DNA of 64,000 bases from Terriglobia bacterium (GTDB taxonomy: Bacteria; Acidobacteriota; Terriglobia; JAJPHL01; JAPKYU01), in assembly GCA_965223005.1 (NCBI GenBank), contig CBDCVK010000002.1, positions 448,001-512,000 on the forward strand, in the 5' to 3' direction. Shown here in pieces: positions 7,700 through 17,175 of the stretch (positions are counted from its first letter, which is position 1; each line of letters opens with the position of its first letter). The notes below the pieces were generated by a model that saw nothing but the letters and a program-made list of their open reading frames with translations, was not told where the DNA came from and did no database searches. The position numbers were made by a program, and so were the translations under genes.

Positions 7700-10690
7700 A
7701 TGCGAAAATCCTCCTCGTATCAACGTATCGCACGCGGAGCTGAAGACTGCCCAATTGCCCTGCAAACGCTTGCTTTGTTCGTGTTGTCCGCATTGGCCCT
7801 GGGGCTATTACGATTTGGATCCGATCCTGCTCTCCGGCGAGAAACGGAGTGGGGCGCGATTGCCGCTGTCTCCTCAACGAAGCCCGGACAGGAGCAATCT
7901 ACGGCCTTCAATCGGCAGCCGGCAATTGAGGTGGCCTACGGCAACCTCCCGTTGAGTTTTGAACCAAACGAGGGCCAGACCAACAGCCAGGTGGAGTTCC
8001 TGTCCCGCGGCCGCGGCTACACACTGTTCTTGACGGCAACCGAGGCAGTGTTGTCTTTACGCAAGCACGCCGCACCGAAGGCCAATAGGGGTGAGGACAG
8101 CGAGGACACGAGTGGCGCCGTGCTGCGCATGAAATTGCTCGGGGCCAACCCCTCGCCACGGGTGACTGGGCTGGAGGAGCTACCGGGCAAGGGTCACTAC
8201 TTCATCGGCAATGACCCGGCCAAGTGGCGCACGAACGTTCCGACCTACGCCAAGGTGAAGTACGAGGACGTCTATCCCGGCGTGGATTTGGTTTACTACG
8301 GCAACCAGGGCCAACTGGAGTACGACCTGATTGTTGCTCCCGGGTCCGATCCTGGGGCCATCTGTCTCGCCTTCGGGGGCGAAGACGAACTGGAAATAGA
8401 TGTTCAAGGCGATCTGGTGCTTCATGCCGGCGGAAGTCAAATCCGTCTGCAGAAACCGCTGGTCTATCAGGAGACGGGTGAAATCCGGCAGGAGACGGAT
8501 GGGATCCGGCAAGAAATCTCCGCGGCCTATGTGCTCAACGCCAGGCGCCAGGTCGGCTTCGAGGTGGGCACGTATGATGCCGATAAGCCGCTCATCATTG
8601 ATCCGGTGCTGAGCTACTCGACCTATCTCGGCGGCACTGCCATTGACCGGGGCTTCGGCATCGCCGTGGATGGCGCCGGCAACGCTTATGTGACGGGCGG
8701 GAGCAGTTCGATCAACTTTCCCGTATTAAATCCCTTCCAGGCTCTTTTCCCTGGGGGCGCGGTAGACGCTTTTGTGACGAAGTTGAATGCCACAGGCTCG
8801 GCGCTCGTCTACTCCACCTACCTGGGCGGCGAAGGCGATGAACAAGGCTTCGACATCAAGGTGGACGACTCCGGCAACGCCTATGTGACAGGACAGACCG
8901 ATTCGACCGACTTCCCCACGGCCGGTCCCATCCAGGTGGTGAACCGCGGTTTAAGCGACGCCTTCGTGACGAAATTGAATGCCGCAGGCAATGAGCTGGT
9001 TTACTCCACCTACCTGGGTGGTAGTTCCTCCGATTTTGGCTTCGGCATCTCCTTAGACGACTCCGGCAACGCCTACGTGACAGGACAGACCGATTCGACC
9101 GACTTCCCCACGGCCCTTCCCATCCAGTCTGCGAACGGCGCTTTAGGCGATGCCTTTGTGGCGAAATTGAATGCCGCAGGCAACGTTCTCCGGTACTCCA
9201 CCTACCTGGGCGGCAATGGCAACGATTGTGGTTTCAGAATCGCCGTAGACGCCTCCGGCAACGCCTACGTGCACGGTGACACGACTTCGACAAACTTCCC
9301 CACGGCGAATCCATTCCAGTCCACAAGGCGCGGGGCCTCGGATGCCTTCGTAACGAAACTGAACGAGTCCGCCAATGCCCTCGTTTACTCCACCTACCTG
9401 GGGGGCAATGGCAACGAGCTTGGCTTCGGCATTGCCGTAGACGCCTCCGGCAACGCCTACGTCACGGGCGTTACGGATTCGAGTGATTTCCCCACGGCCA
9501 GTCCCATTCAGCCCGCTTTCGACGGCGGCCTAGCCGACGCGTTCGTTACGAAATTGAATGCCGCAGGCGGCGCTCTCCTCTATTCCACTTACCTGGGAGG
9601 CGTCGCGACCGACGCTGGCTTCGCCATCGCCCTAGACGCGTCCGGCAACGCCCATGTGACAGGACGGACCGATTCGGTCGACTTTCCCACAGTGAGTCCT
9701 GCCCAGGCAGCTTTCGGCGGTGGCCTCGAAGACGCCTTTGTGACAAAGTTGAATGTCACTGGCTCGGCAATGGTCTACTCCACCTACCTGGGCGGCGATG
9801 GCGATGACCAAGGCGGCGACATTGCCGTGGACGCCTCTGGAAACGCCTACGTCACGGGGAATACCGGTTCAACTGACTTCCCTACGGCGAACCCCTTTCA
9901 GCCCAGTAACGCCGGAAGCGAAAACGCTTTCATTGCCAAGCTTACGGAACTGCCCTCGGTGCCTCCAACCCTGCCGGCCAACTCCGTGGTCAACGGCGCC
10001 AGCTTCCGGGCGGCCACGGACCCCAATGGAGCCATCGCCCCGGGCGCAATTGTGGCCATCTTCGGAACGGACCTGGCGAGCGATATCCTGCTGGCGGGTG
10101 AAGTACCACTTCCCACGACGCTGGGGGATACCAGCGTGACTTTTGACGATGTAGCTGCCCCGCTGTTTTTCGTCTCCGGCACGCAGATCAATGCGCAGGT
10201 TCCCTTTGAGCTATCGCCGGGGGCAGGGACGGTCACGGTGCAGGTGAAGCGAGGCAGTGAGGCAAGCGCCGCGCAGCTGATCGCGCTCGCGGCCGTATCG
10301 CCGGGGATTTTTACGCTCAACCAGCAGGGCACCGGCCCTGGCGCGATCCTTCACGCGGAAAACTTCCAGCCGGTCAACGAAAGCGCCCCGGCCCGGCCGG
10401 GCGAGTTCCTGCTGGTCTTTTGCACGGGGCTTGGTCCGGTGCAGCCCGAAGTCCAGTCAGGCGAGGTTGCCCCGAATATTCCACCGCTGGCGGAGACGAT
10501 CAGTACACCGCTGGTGAACATTGCCGGCATAGCCGCCGCCGTGACCTTCTCCGGCCTTGCTCCGGGATTCGTAGGACTCTACCAGATGAACGTGCAGGTA
10601 CCTGCGGGCGTCCCTTCGGGTACGCAATCGGTTGAAGTCATCATCAACAACGTCCCGGGCAGCGCCGAGGTCACCATCGCTGTCGAGTAG
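7700..10690 (+). CDS. SBBP-repeat (beta-propeller) secreted/surface protein with TIGR03437-type C-terminal domain
   Basis: LPLSFEPNEGQ..FLSRG N-domain; 7 repeats of YSTYLGG..IAVD.SGNAYVTG.T.S..FP..DAFV.KL; VVNGASF..APGAIVAIFG..PGFVGLYQ.NV; start uncertain (frame open from 7595). Confidence 0.9.
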   Translation: MRKSSSYQRIARGAEDCPIALQTLALFVLSALALGLLRFGSDPALRRETEWGAIAAVSSTKPGQEQSTAFNRQPAIEVAYGNLPLSFEPNEGQTNSQVEFLSRGRGYTLFLTATEAVLSLRKHAAPKANRGEDSEDTSGAVLRMKLLGANPSPRVTGLEELPGKGHYFIGNDPAKWRTNVPTYAKVKYEDVYPGVDLVYYGNQGQLEYDLIVAPGSDPGAICLAFGGEDELEIDVQGDLVLHAGGSQIRLQKPLVYQETGEIRQETDGIRQEISAAYVLNARRQVGFEVGTYDADKPLIIDPVLSYSTYLGGTAIDRGFGIAVDGAGNAYVTGGSSSINFPVLNPFQALFPGGAVDAFVTKLNATGSALVYSTYLGGEGDEQGFDIKVDDSGNAYVTGQTDSTDFPTAGPIQVVNRGLSDAFVTKLNAAGNELVYSTYLGGSSSDFGFGISLDDSGNAYVTGQTDSTDFPTALPIQSANGALGDAFVAKLNAAGNVLRYSTYLGGNGNDCGFRIAVDASGNAYVHGDTTSTNFPTANPFQSTRRGASDAFVTKLNESANALVYSTYLGGNGNELGFGIAVDASGNAYVTGVTDSSDFPTASPIQPAFDGGLADAFVTKLNAAGGALLYSTYLGGVATDAGFAIALDASGNAHVTGRTDSVDFPTVSPAQAAFGGGLEDAFVTKLNVTGSAMVYSTYLGGDGDDQGGDIAVDASGNAYVTGNTGSTDFPTANPFQPSNAGSENAFIAKLTELPSVPPTLPANSVVNGASFRAATDPNGAIAPGAIVAIFGTDLASDILLAGEVPLPTTLGDTSVTFDDVAAPLFFVSGTQINAQVPFELSPGAGTVTVQVKRGSEASAAQLIALAAVSPGIFTLNQQGTGPGAILHAENFQPVNESAPARPGEFLLVFCTGLGPVQPEVQSGEVAPNIPPLAETISTPLVNIAGIAAAVTFSGLAPGFVGLYQMNVQVPAGVPSGTQSVEVIINNVPGSAEVTIAVE

Positions 10691-10708
10691 TCAGCAAGCA
10701 GAAGGCAG

Positions 10709-11647
10709 CTACAACGGTTGCCAGCCGGAGCCCTGGTGGTCGAAATGGAAGCCCGCTGGGTGCAGCACCTCTGCCAAAATCTCCAGGGATTCGGCCAAGC
10801 GCGGGCTGGGGCGGTTGAAATACTGGTTGCCGTCAGTCAGGTAGACGCGCCGGTTACGCACCGCCTGCAACTGTCCCCAACCCGGCTTCCCGGTCAGCGC
10901 GGGCATTTCGTGGCGTGACCGCTGGATGTCAAAGCCGCAGGGCAGAACGACAATTACCTCGGGGTCGGCTTCCCGCAACTGCTCCCAGCTCATCCAGGGG
11001 GAATGCTTACCGGCCTCGCCGAACAGGTTCACACCGCCGGCCATCTGGACCAACTCGGGCATCCAGTCGCCGGCGGCCATCAGTGGCTCGATCCACTCGA
11101 TGCAGGCAACCGTAGGTCGTGCGGCTAGCGTGCGTGCTTTCTCGGCGATCGCAGCCATCCGCTGCTGAAGTCGGTCGGCCAACTCTGCCCCGCTCGCCGG
11201 CGCACCCAGCGCCTCCGCCACGCGCTGCACGTCGGCCCACAGGTCGGTCAGCGCGTTCGGCTCCAGTGAGACCAACCGTGGGAGCGGGCCCTGCTGCGGG
11301 CCGGAATCCAGCCACTCGCACATCGCCTGTTCCACGTCCCGCAGGCTAACGGCGCAGACTTCGCACTGGGTTTGGGTGATGATCAGGTCGGGCTGAAGCT
11401 GCTTCAGCAGGTCGGCATCCACCCGATACGCCGACAATCCATCTTGCAAGATGCGTTTTACCTGCTGGTCAATTGCCTGGCTGGAAGCCTGAGGGTTGAG
11501 CTTCGGTGCGGTGCAGACTGGCAGCTGCTCGACTGAGGGGGGGAAGTCGCACTCGTGTGAGCGCCCCACCAGTCGGTGCTGGAAGCCAAGCGCACAAACA
11601 ATTTCTGTGCTACTAGCAATCAGAGAGACGACGCGTTGTGTGGACAT
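10709..11647 (-). CDS. BtuF/TroA-like cobalamin/iron-complex binding protein without signal peptide
   Basis: RVVSLIASSTEIV.ALG, SHECDFP, QTQCEVCAV, YFNRPSPRL. Confidence 0.85.
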   Translation of the reverse strand: MSTQRVVSLIASSTEIVCALGFQHRLVGRSHECDFPPSVEQLPVCTAPKLNPQASSQAIDQQVKRILQDGLSAYRVDADLLKQLQPDLIITQTQCEVCAVSLRDVEQAMCEWLDSGPQQGPLPRLVSLEPNALTDLWADVQRVAEALGAPASGAELADRLQQRMAAIAEKARTLAARPTVACIEWIEPLMAAGDWMPELVQMAGGVNLFGEAGKHSPWMSWEQLREADPEVIVVLPCGFDIQRSRHEMPALTGKPGWGQLQAVRNRRVYLTDGNQYFNRPSPRLAESLEILAEVLHPAGFHFDHQGSGWQPL

Positions 11648-11780
11648 AATGGCGCGAGCGCCGAAAGCAGCTCGTCGTGAAGAAGAATAGCAAGCACAGC
11701 GGGCAATGCAAGCGGCGCATCGCCCTCCGGTCCTTCTTACCGGCGGACAGCAATTCTGCCCATCGTGCTAGAATGAGGGT

Positions 11781-12620
11781 GTGGAGTCATCCCTCAACGT
11801 CACTCTGCAAACCTACGAAGGGCCTCTCGACCTGCTGTTGGACCTGATCCGAAAGCAGGAGCTGGACATCTACGACATCCCGATCGCCCAGATCACCGCC
11901 CAATATCTGGACTACATCCACCGACTGCAGGAGCTGGACATTGACGTGGCCGGTGAGTTCATCTACATGGCGGCCACGCTCATCCACATCAAATCCAGAA
12001 TGCTGTTGCCGCCCGACCCGACCCTGCCGCCCGAGCAGCAGGAGGACCCGCGCCAGGAGCTGGTGGACCAGCTACTGGAACATGAGAAGTTCAAGCAAGC
12101 GGCGCAGATGCTGCAAGAAAAGCAGATGTTGGAGGCGGCAACTTGGTCCAACCCGGCGCTAAAGGCGTTCGCTGACGATTCCGAAGAGCCGGGCTTGGCG
12201 GTAAACCTGTTCGATCTGGTGAAGACCTTCCAGCAGGTGTTGGAGCGGGCGCGCACCCGACCCCAGCTGGACATCGAACCAGAGGAAGTTAGCCTTGCCC
12301 AGATGATCCAATGGCTGCGCGACCGCCTGGCTCAAGCCCGCGGTTCGCTGGCGCTGGGCGAGTTGTTTGACCTGTTCCCTGCGCGCCGTGCACTGATTAC
12401 TTTGTTCCTAGCCATCCTGGAGATGGTGCGCCTTCAGGCCATTGTCCTGCGCCAGAAAGAAGCCTTTGGCGAGATTCTCCTACGCCGCCACCGCGGCTTC
12501 GCTCGCCTCTATTCGGCCGAGCCGGTGGAACAGCTGCTGGGGAAGCCGGTTCTGGAGGGAGAGGATTTGCCCCAGGGTAGCTCCCCCTCGCACGCACAGG
12601 CGGCCAAACCGCAAGACTAG
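11781..12620 (+). CDS. scpA: Segregation and condensation protein A
   Basis: YEGPLDLLLDLI..LDIYDIPI, AATLIHIKSRMLLP, FLAILE. Confidence 0.95.
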   Translation: MESSLNVTLQTYEGPLDLLLDLIRKQELDIYDIPIAQITAQYLDYIHRLQELDIDVAGEFIYMAATLIHIKSRMLLPPDPTLPPEQQEDPRQELVDQLLEHEKFKQAAQMLQEKQMLEAATWSNPALKAFADDSEEPGLAVNLFDLVKTFQQVLERARTRPQLDIEPEEVSLAQMIQWLRDRLAQARGSLALGELFDLFPARRALITLFLAILEMVRLQAIVLRQKEAFGEILLRRHRGFARLYSAEPVEQLLGKPVLEGEDLPQGSSPSHAQAAKPQD

Positions 12621-12623
12621 CGT

Positions 12624-13181
12624 ATGGATTGGAAGCCTGTGATTGAAGCGATCATTTACGCGGCCGAGGAGCCGGTTACGGTGGAGCAGATCACCGCTGC
12701 CCTGAGCCAGGGAGCGATTGAGGATTTCCCAGGGAAAGAGGAAATCCGCCCCGCGATTGAGGAGCTGATTGCCGAATACCGGAGCGACGGGCGTGGGATC
12801 GAGATCAAACAGGTGGCGGGTGGCTACAAAATGGCCACCAAACCGGAACACCACGAAGCGGTGCGGCAGTTCGTCAAGGCACTGAAGCTGCCGATGCGGC
12901 TGTCGCTGGCAGCTCTGGAGACGCTGGCGGTCGTCGCCTACCGCCAGCCGGTGACGCTGCCCGAAATCCAGGAGGTGCGCGGGGTCAACGCCTCGGCCGT
13001 CGTCAAGACCTTGCTGGAGAAAAAGTTGGTTACCACGGCGGGGCGCAAGGACGTGATCGGTCGGCCGATTCTGTATCGCACGACACGCGATTTCCTGTTC
13101 CAATTTGGGCTCAAGGACCTGAGCGAACTGCCAAGCCTAAAGGAGTTTGAGGAGCTGAACCGAGCCGCCATAGCCGGATAA
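12624..13181 (+). CDS. scpB: SMC-Scp complex subunit ScpB
   Basis: LSLAALETLAVVAYRQPVT, GRPILYRTT..FL..FGL. Confidence 0.95.
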   Translation: MDWKPVIEAIIYAAEEPVTVEQITAALSQGAIEDFPGKEEIRPAIEELIAEYRSDGRGIEIKQVAGGYKMATKPEHHEAVRQFVKALKLPMRLSLAALETLAVVAYRQPVTLPEIQEVRGVNASAVVKTLLEKKLVTTAGRKDVIGRPILYRTTRDFLFQFGLKDLSELPSLKEFEELNRAAIAG

Positions 13182-13275
13182 GGAAGCTCCCGCTGTCGCG
13201 CCTCGGCTTTCGGAGCATGGCGCCTTCCAGGGACACGTGGTCGGTGGTGTCTAGCACTTGTTGATTAAGGTGTTA

Positions 13276-14055
13276 ATGCAGGAGCGACTGCAAAAAGTTC
13301 TCTCCCGCGCCGGCATCACCAGCCGGCGCAAGGCGGAGCAGTACATCCTCGAAGGACGCGTCACCGTCAACGGGGCGGTGATCCGCGAGCTGGGTTCCAA
13401 GGCCGATATCGGGCGCGATCATGTGAAGGTGGACGGGCGCCTGGTGCGCTTGCCCCGGCGGCAGTTCTACTTGATGCTGAACAAGCCCCGCGGCTACGTC
13501 ACCACCATGTTCGATCCCCAGGGTCGGCGGAAAGTGACCGACCTGCTGCGAGGTATTCCAACACGTGTCTACCCGGTCGGGCGCCTGGATTACCACTCCG
13601 AGGGCCTGCTGCTGTTCACCAACGACGGCGAGTTCGCCAATCTGATTATGTCCGCCAGCGCTCACGTGCCCAAGACCTATTGGGTCAAGGTCGACGGGCG
13701 GCTGGCGCCGGCTGAACTGGAGAAACTGCGCCGGGGCGGGTGGCTAGGCGGCCGGTTGACGGCGCCGGCCAAGATTCGTTCGCTGCGCGATACCTCCAAC
13801 CCTTGGTATGAAGTTGAGCTGATCGAAGGCCGTCAGAACCAGATCCGTCGCATGTTCGGCAGCGTTGGCCACCTGGTGGAAAAGCTGAAGCGCGTCCAAA
13901 TCGGTTTCCTGAAGCTGGACGACTTGCCGATGGGGGAATACCGGAGTCTGACGCCGCGGGAAGTGGAACGCTTTCGGCGCATTCTGCCCGGGAAGGCAGC
14001 GGCGCGGGGACGGGCCCACCAAGAAGGTAGCCGGGCGAGCAGCGCCGCCGTCTAA
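13276..14055 (+). CDS. rluB: RsuA/RluB-family rRNA pseudouridine synthase
   Basis: S4 domain ERLQKVL..SRRKAE; GRLDYHSEGLLL; EGRQNQIRRM; scpAB-rluB order. Confidence 0.9.
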   Translation: MQERLQKVLSRAGITSRRKAEQYILEGRVTVNGAVIRELGSKADIGRDHVKVDGRLVRLPRRQFYLMLNKPRGYVTTMFDPQGRRKVTDLLRGIPTRVYPVGRLDYHSEGLLLFTNDGEFANLIMSASAHVPKTYWVKVDGRLAPAELEKLRRGGWLGGRLTAPAKIRSLRDTSNPWYEVELIEGRQNQIRRMFGSVGHLVEKLKRVQIGFLKLDDLPMGEYRSLTPREVERFRRILPGKAAARGRAHQEGSRASSAAV

Positions 14056-14126
14056 GGGCCGGAAGGCCTCACCACCGAGGGCAGTTTACTGCTGCGAGGG
14101 TGAGGCCATGTTCGCCTAGGAAAAGC

Positions 14127-14534
14127 ATGCGCAACCTGGACCTGGAGATTGACGAAATCCTCAGCAGCTGTCGCACGATCGCCGTGATCGGGCTCTCCGG
14201 CAAACCTCACAGGCCCAGCTTCGGTGTGTCGGAATACATGCAGCGCGCCGGGTACCGCATTATTCCCGTCAACCCACACGAAACCCAAGTGCTGGGAGAG
14301 AAAAGCTATGCCCGCCTGGAAGATGTGCCGGAAAAGGTGGACCTGGTGAACATCTTCCGTCGCTCAGAGCACGCGGGGTCCATCGTGGATTCTGCTATCC
14401 GCATCGGCGCCCGCGCCGTTTGGATGCAGGAGGGCGTCGAAGATCCGGAAGCCGCCGAGCGAGCCCGCCGCGCTGGCTTGCTGGTGGTGATGGACCACTG
14501 CACGCTCAAGGAGCACCGCAAGCGCCAGCGCTGA
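14127..14534 (+). CDS. CoA-binding protein (YccU-like)
   Basis: IAVIGLS..RPS, IIPVNP, VDLVNIFR, VWMQEG. Confidence 0.9.
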   Translation: MRNLDLEIDEILSSCRTIAVIGLSGKPHRPSFGVSEYMQRAGYRIIPVNPHETQVLGEKSYARLEDVPEKVDLVNIFRRSEHAGSIVDSAIRIGARAVWMQEGVEDPEAAERARRAGLLVVMDHCTLKEHRKRQR

Positions 14535-14575
14535 ACAACCCCCTCTACGCGGTCCTCCCTGAAAGGTGTAGGAGT

Positions 14576-15376
14576 TCAGGCAGACACCGGCCCGCCCTTG
14601 CTGCCCTTCATTTTCTGAAACGCGGTCTGAAACGTGGCGACGATCCGGTTCATTCCCTGCAACACGACGGCGCCATCTGAGCCGAGACCCACAAACGAAA
14701 AACCGCTGTCAACGGTTTCCTGGACTTCCTCCTCCCGCGCCAGCAAAATCCCTGCCGCCTTGCCTGCCCGGCGGCAGGCCTCGACCACTCTTGCCTTGGC
14801 CGCGCGCATGTCAGGATGGGCGAGCTGGCGCGGGACGCCCAGGCTGACGCTCAGGTCCAGTGGACCGACGAATAGCACGTCCACGCCGTCGACCGCTGCG
14901 ATCTCCTCGACCGACTCCAGTGCCTGGCGAGTTTCGATCTGGGCTGCAAGCAGCAACTGGTCGTTGGCGGAGCGAAAGTAGGCGTCAAAGTCGGCACCAA
15001 ATGCGGACGCCCGGTTCGAGGAGGCCACGCCCCGCGTCCCCTGCGGCGGGAAGCGCCTGGCGGCGACTGCGCGCCGGGCTTCCTCGGCGGAATTCACCCA
15101 CGGCACCATCACGCCGGAAGCTCCCAGGTCGAGCACTCGCTTGAACCACACCAGGTCATTCCACGGCACGCGCACCAGCGGTACGGTCGTGGTGCCTTCC
15201 AGGGCCTGCAATTGAAATAGCAGATTCTGGCGGTCGCCGGCACCATGCTCGAGGTCAATCACGACCCAATCCAGCCCAGCTCGCCCGGCGATTTCCGCCG
15301 TCAGGCTGGAACCCAGATTGAGGAAGGTGCCAGCCAGCAACTCTCCACGCAACGCTCTTTCACGTATCCATTTCAC
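14576..15376 (-). CDS. HpcH/HpaI (GarL/RhmA-like) class II aldolase
   Basis: DWVVIDLEHG, LVRVP, LDLGASGVMVP, QIET, LFVGPLDLS; GTG start after GGAGG. Confidence 0.9.
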   Translation of the reverse strand: MKWIRERALRGELLAGTFLNLGSSLTAEIAGRAGLDWVVIDLEHGAGDRQNLLFQLQALEGTTTVPLVRVPWNDLVWFKRVLDLGASGVMVPWVNSAEEARRAVAARRFPPQGTRGVASSNRASAFGADFDAYFRSANDQLLLAAQIETRQALESVEEIAAVDGVDVLFVGPLDLSVSLGVPRQLAHPDMRAAKARVVEACRRAGKAAGILLAREEEVQETVDSGFSFVGLGSDGAVVLQGMNRIVATFQTAFQKMKGSKGGPVSA

Positions 15377-15566
15377 AGCGCCCTCCAGACGATTCGCGCT
15401 GGTCAACATGCCCGATCGGTGCCGTCTTGTCAACCCAGGGTTTTAACGACTCCGACGCAATGGGCCTTTGGTTTGTCAGATCGTGGGTGGAAGAAAGCAT
15501 CCACGGATTGGAGCCGGTGGCTGGTCCTACGTTCCAGATTTCTAAACGCGCTGTAGTGTCGGGAAT

Positions 15567-16610
15567 TCACCCGGTGGATGAATGAGACTGGGTCGCTGCC
15601 TTTCTTTTTCTGAAAGAAGCTCGGAGATTGGATTGGGATAGAACTCCTTGATTGACAATCCAGCGTGGAAGCTTGCCCTTCAGAACGTCCGCCATTTGCG
15701 TCGCCGCAGTTTCCTGCAATTCCTGCAAGGATTCCTCCGAATAGAAGGAGGCGTGCGGGGTGGCAATGATCTTCGGATGCCGCAGCAACGGCGAGTCGGG
15801 TGGCGGCGGCTCCTGAGGATAGACGTCAAGGGCGGCCCCTGCAATCAGCCCTTCGTCTAGAGCCTGGATCAACGCGGAGCCGTCTATGACCTCACCGCGA
15901 CAGGTGTTGACCAGGAAGGCGGTGGGCTTCATTTTTCGAAAGGTCTCGAGTCTCATCAAGTTCCGGGTTTGCGGGAGCAGGGGTACGTGGAGGGAAATGA
16001 AATCACTGCTTGCTAGCAGTTCCTCCAACGCAACCGCCTTCACCTTGCGCTCCAGGGAGGCAGGCACAGGGACCACGTCATAAACCAGGGTTTGCATACC
16101 CAACCCGGAAGCCTTCTGAAACAACGTCCTGCCAATCTGACCAAAGCCGACGATGCCCAGGGTCTTTCCCCGGATGCGATAGATGGGCGCCTGGGCTCTA
16201 AGGTTGTACACCCCAGCTTTGTTGGAGCTGTCGAAAGCCGCGACTTTGCGTGCGCAGGCCAGAATCAGGGACAGGGCGTGCTCGGCGACCTCATCCCGGC
16301 AATAGCTGGGAACGTTGGTCACCACAATGCCGTGCTCCGTGGCACACGGAACATCGATGTTGTCCAGACCGATGCCGTAGCGGGCGATGGCCAGACATCC
16401 GGTGGCCTGTTCAATCACTCGCCGAGTGACCGGCTTCCAACAGGTCAGGATGCCGGTCGCCTCGGGCGCCAGCGCCATTAGCTCTTCCTCGGAGCCGGTC
16501 CTTGCCTCCACTAGGCTCGCGTTCACGCGTCCCAGGATTTGTTGTTCCAGGTCCAGGGTTGGCCACGCATAATCTGTGACCAATACTTTTCGTAAGGTCT
16601 TTTGTTTCAT
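15567..16610 (-). CDS. D-isomer 2-hydroxyacid dehydrogenase (CtBP/SerA-like)
   Basis: RYGIGLDNID, GIVGFGQIG, NTCRG, LDV...EP, TPHASFYS. Confidence 0.9.
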   Translation of the reverse strand: MKQKTLRKVLVTDYAWPTLDLEQQILGRVNASLVEARTGSEEELMALAPEATGILTCWKPVTRRVIEQATGCLAIARYGIGLDNIDVPCATEHGIVVTNVPSYCRDEVAEHALSLILACARKVAAFDSSNKAGVYNLRAQAPIYRIRGKTLGIVGFGQIGRTLFQKASGLGMQTLVYDVVPVPASLERKVKAVALEELLASSDFISLHVPLLPQTRNLMRLETFRKMKPTAFLVNTCRGEVIDGSALIQALDEGLIAGAALDVYPQEPPPPDSPLLRHPKIIATPHASFYSEESLQELQETAATQMADVLKGKLPRWIVNQGVLSQSNLRASFRKRKAATQSHSSTG

Positions 16611-16619
16611 CTATTCCTT

Positions 16620-17096
16620 TTACGATTCATTCCCGCCCATCTGCTCGCTGAGATAGTTGTCGAGTCCAACCTCACTGATCAAGTGGAGCTGGGTTTCCAA
16701 AAAGTCCACGTGTGTTTCCTCGTTCTCGAGAAGTTGCTGGATCAGATCGCGGGAGCCGTTATCGCCTTGCTGGCGGCAGATCTGGATGCCTTCGTTGTAG
16801 CGGCGGACTGCGTCAATTTCAAGCGCCAGGTCGTTTTCCAGCTGCTTTTGGACAGTTTCGCCAATCTTGATCTTGAAAAAAGTCATGTTGGGCACCGCTT
16901 CCACGAACAGGATGCGCTCGATCAACTTCTCGGCGTGCTTCATCTCATCAATGGCTTCCTTCTTGGTAACCTCGGAGAGACGATGGTATCCCCAGTTCTC
17001 GCACATCTCCGCGTGGACGAAATACTGGTTAATCGCGGTCAACTCCGCCTTCAGCGCCTCTTGTAACACCTCAATAACTTTGGCATTTCCTTTCAT
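16620..17096 (-). CDS. bfr: Bacterioferritin
   Basis: MKGN, ELTAINQYFVH, EAIDEMKHAE (heme Met), EETHVDFLETQL. Confidence 0.95.
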   Translation of the reverse strand: MKGNAKVIEVLQEALKAELTAINQYFVHAEMCENWGYHRLSEVTKKEAIDEMKHAEKLIERILFVEAVPNMTFFKIKIGETVQKQLENDLALEIDAVRRYNEGIQICRQQGDNGSRDLIQQLLENEETHVDFLETQLHLISEVGLDNYLSEQMGGNES

Positions 17097-17175
17097 CGGC
17101 GAACCATTCTCCTTTCCTAAAGAGTGCCCGATGGCTGCTTAGCCCTGCCTGGAAGGTACTCTAACACAGCCACGT

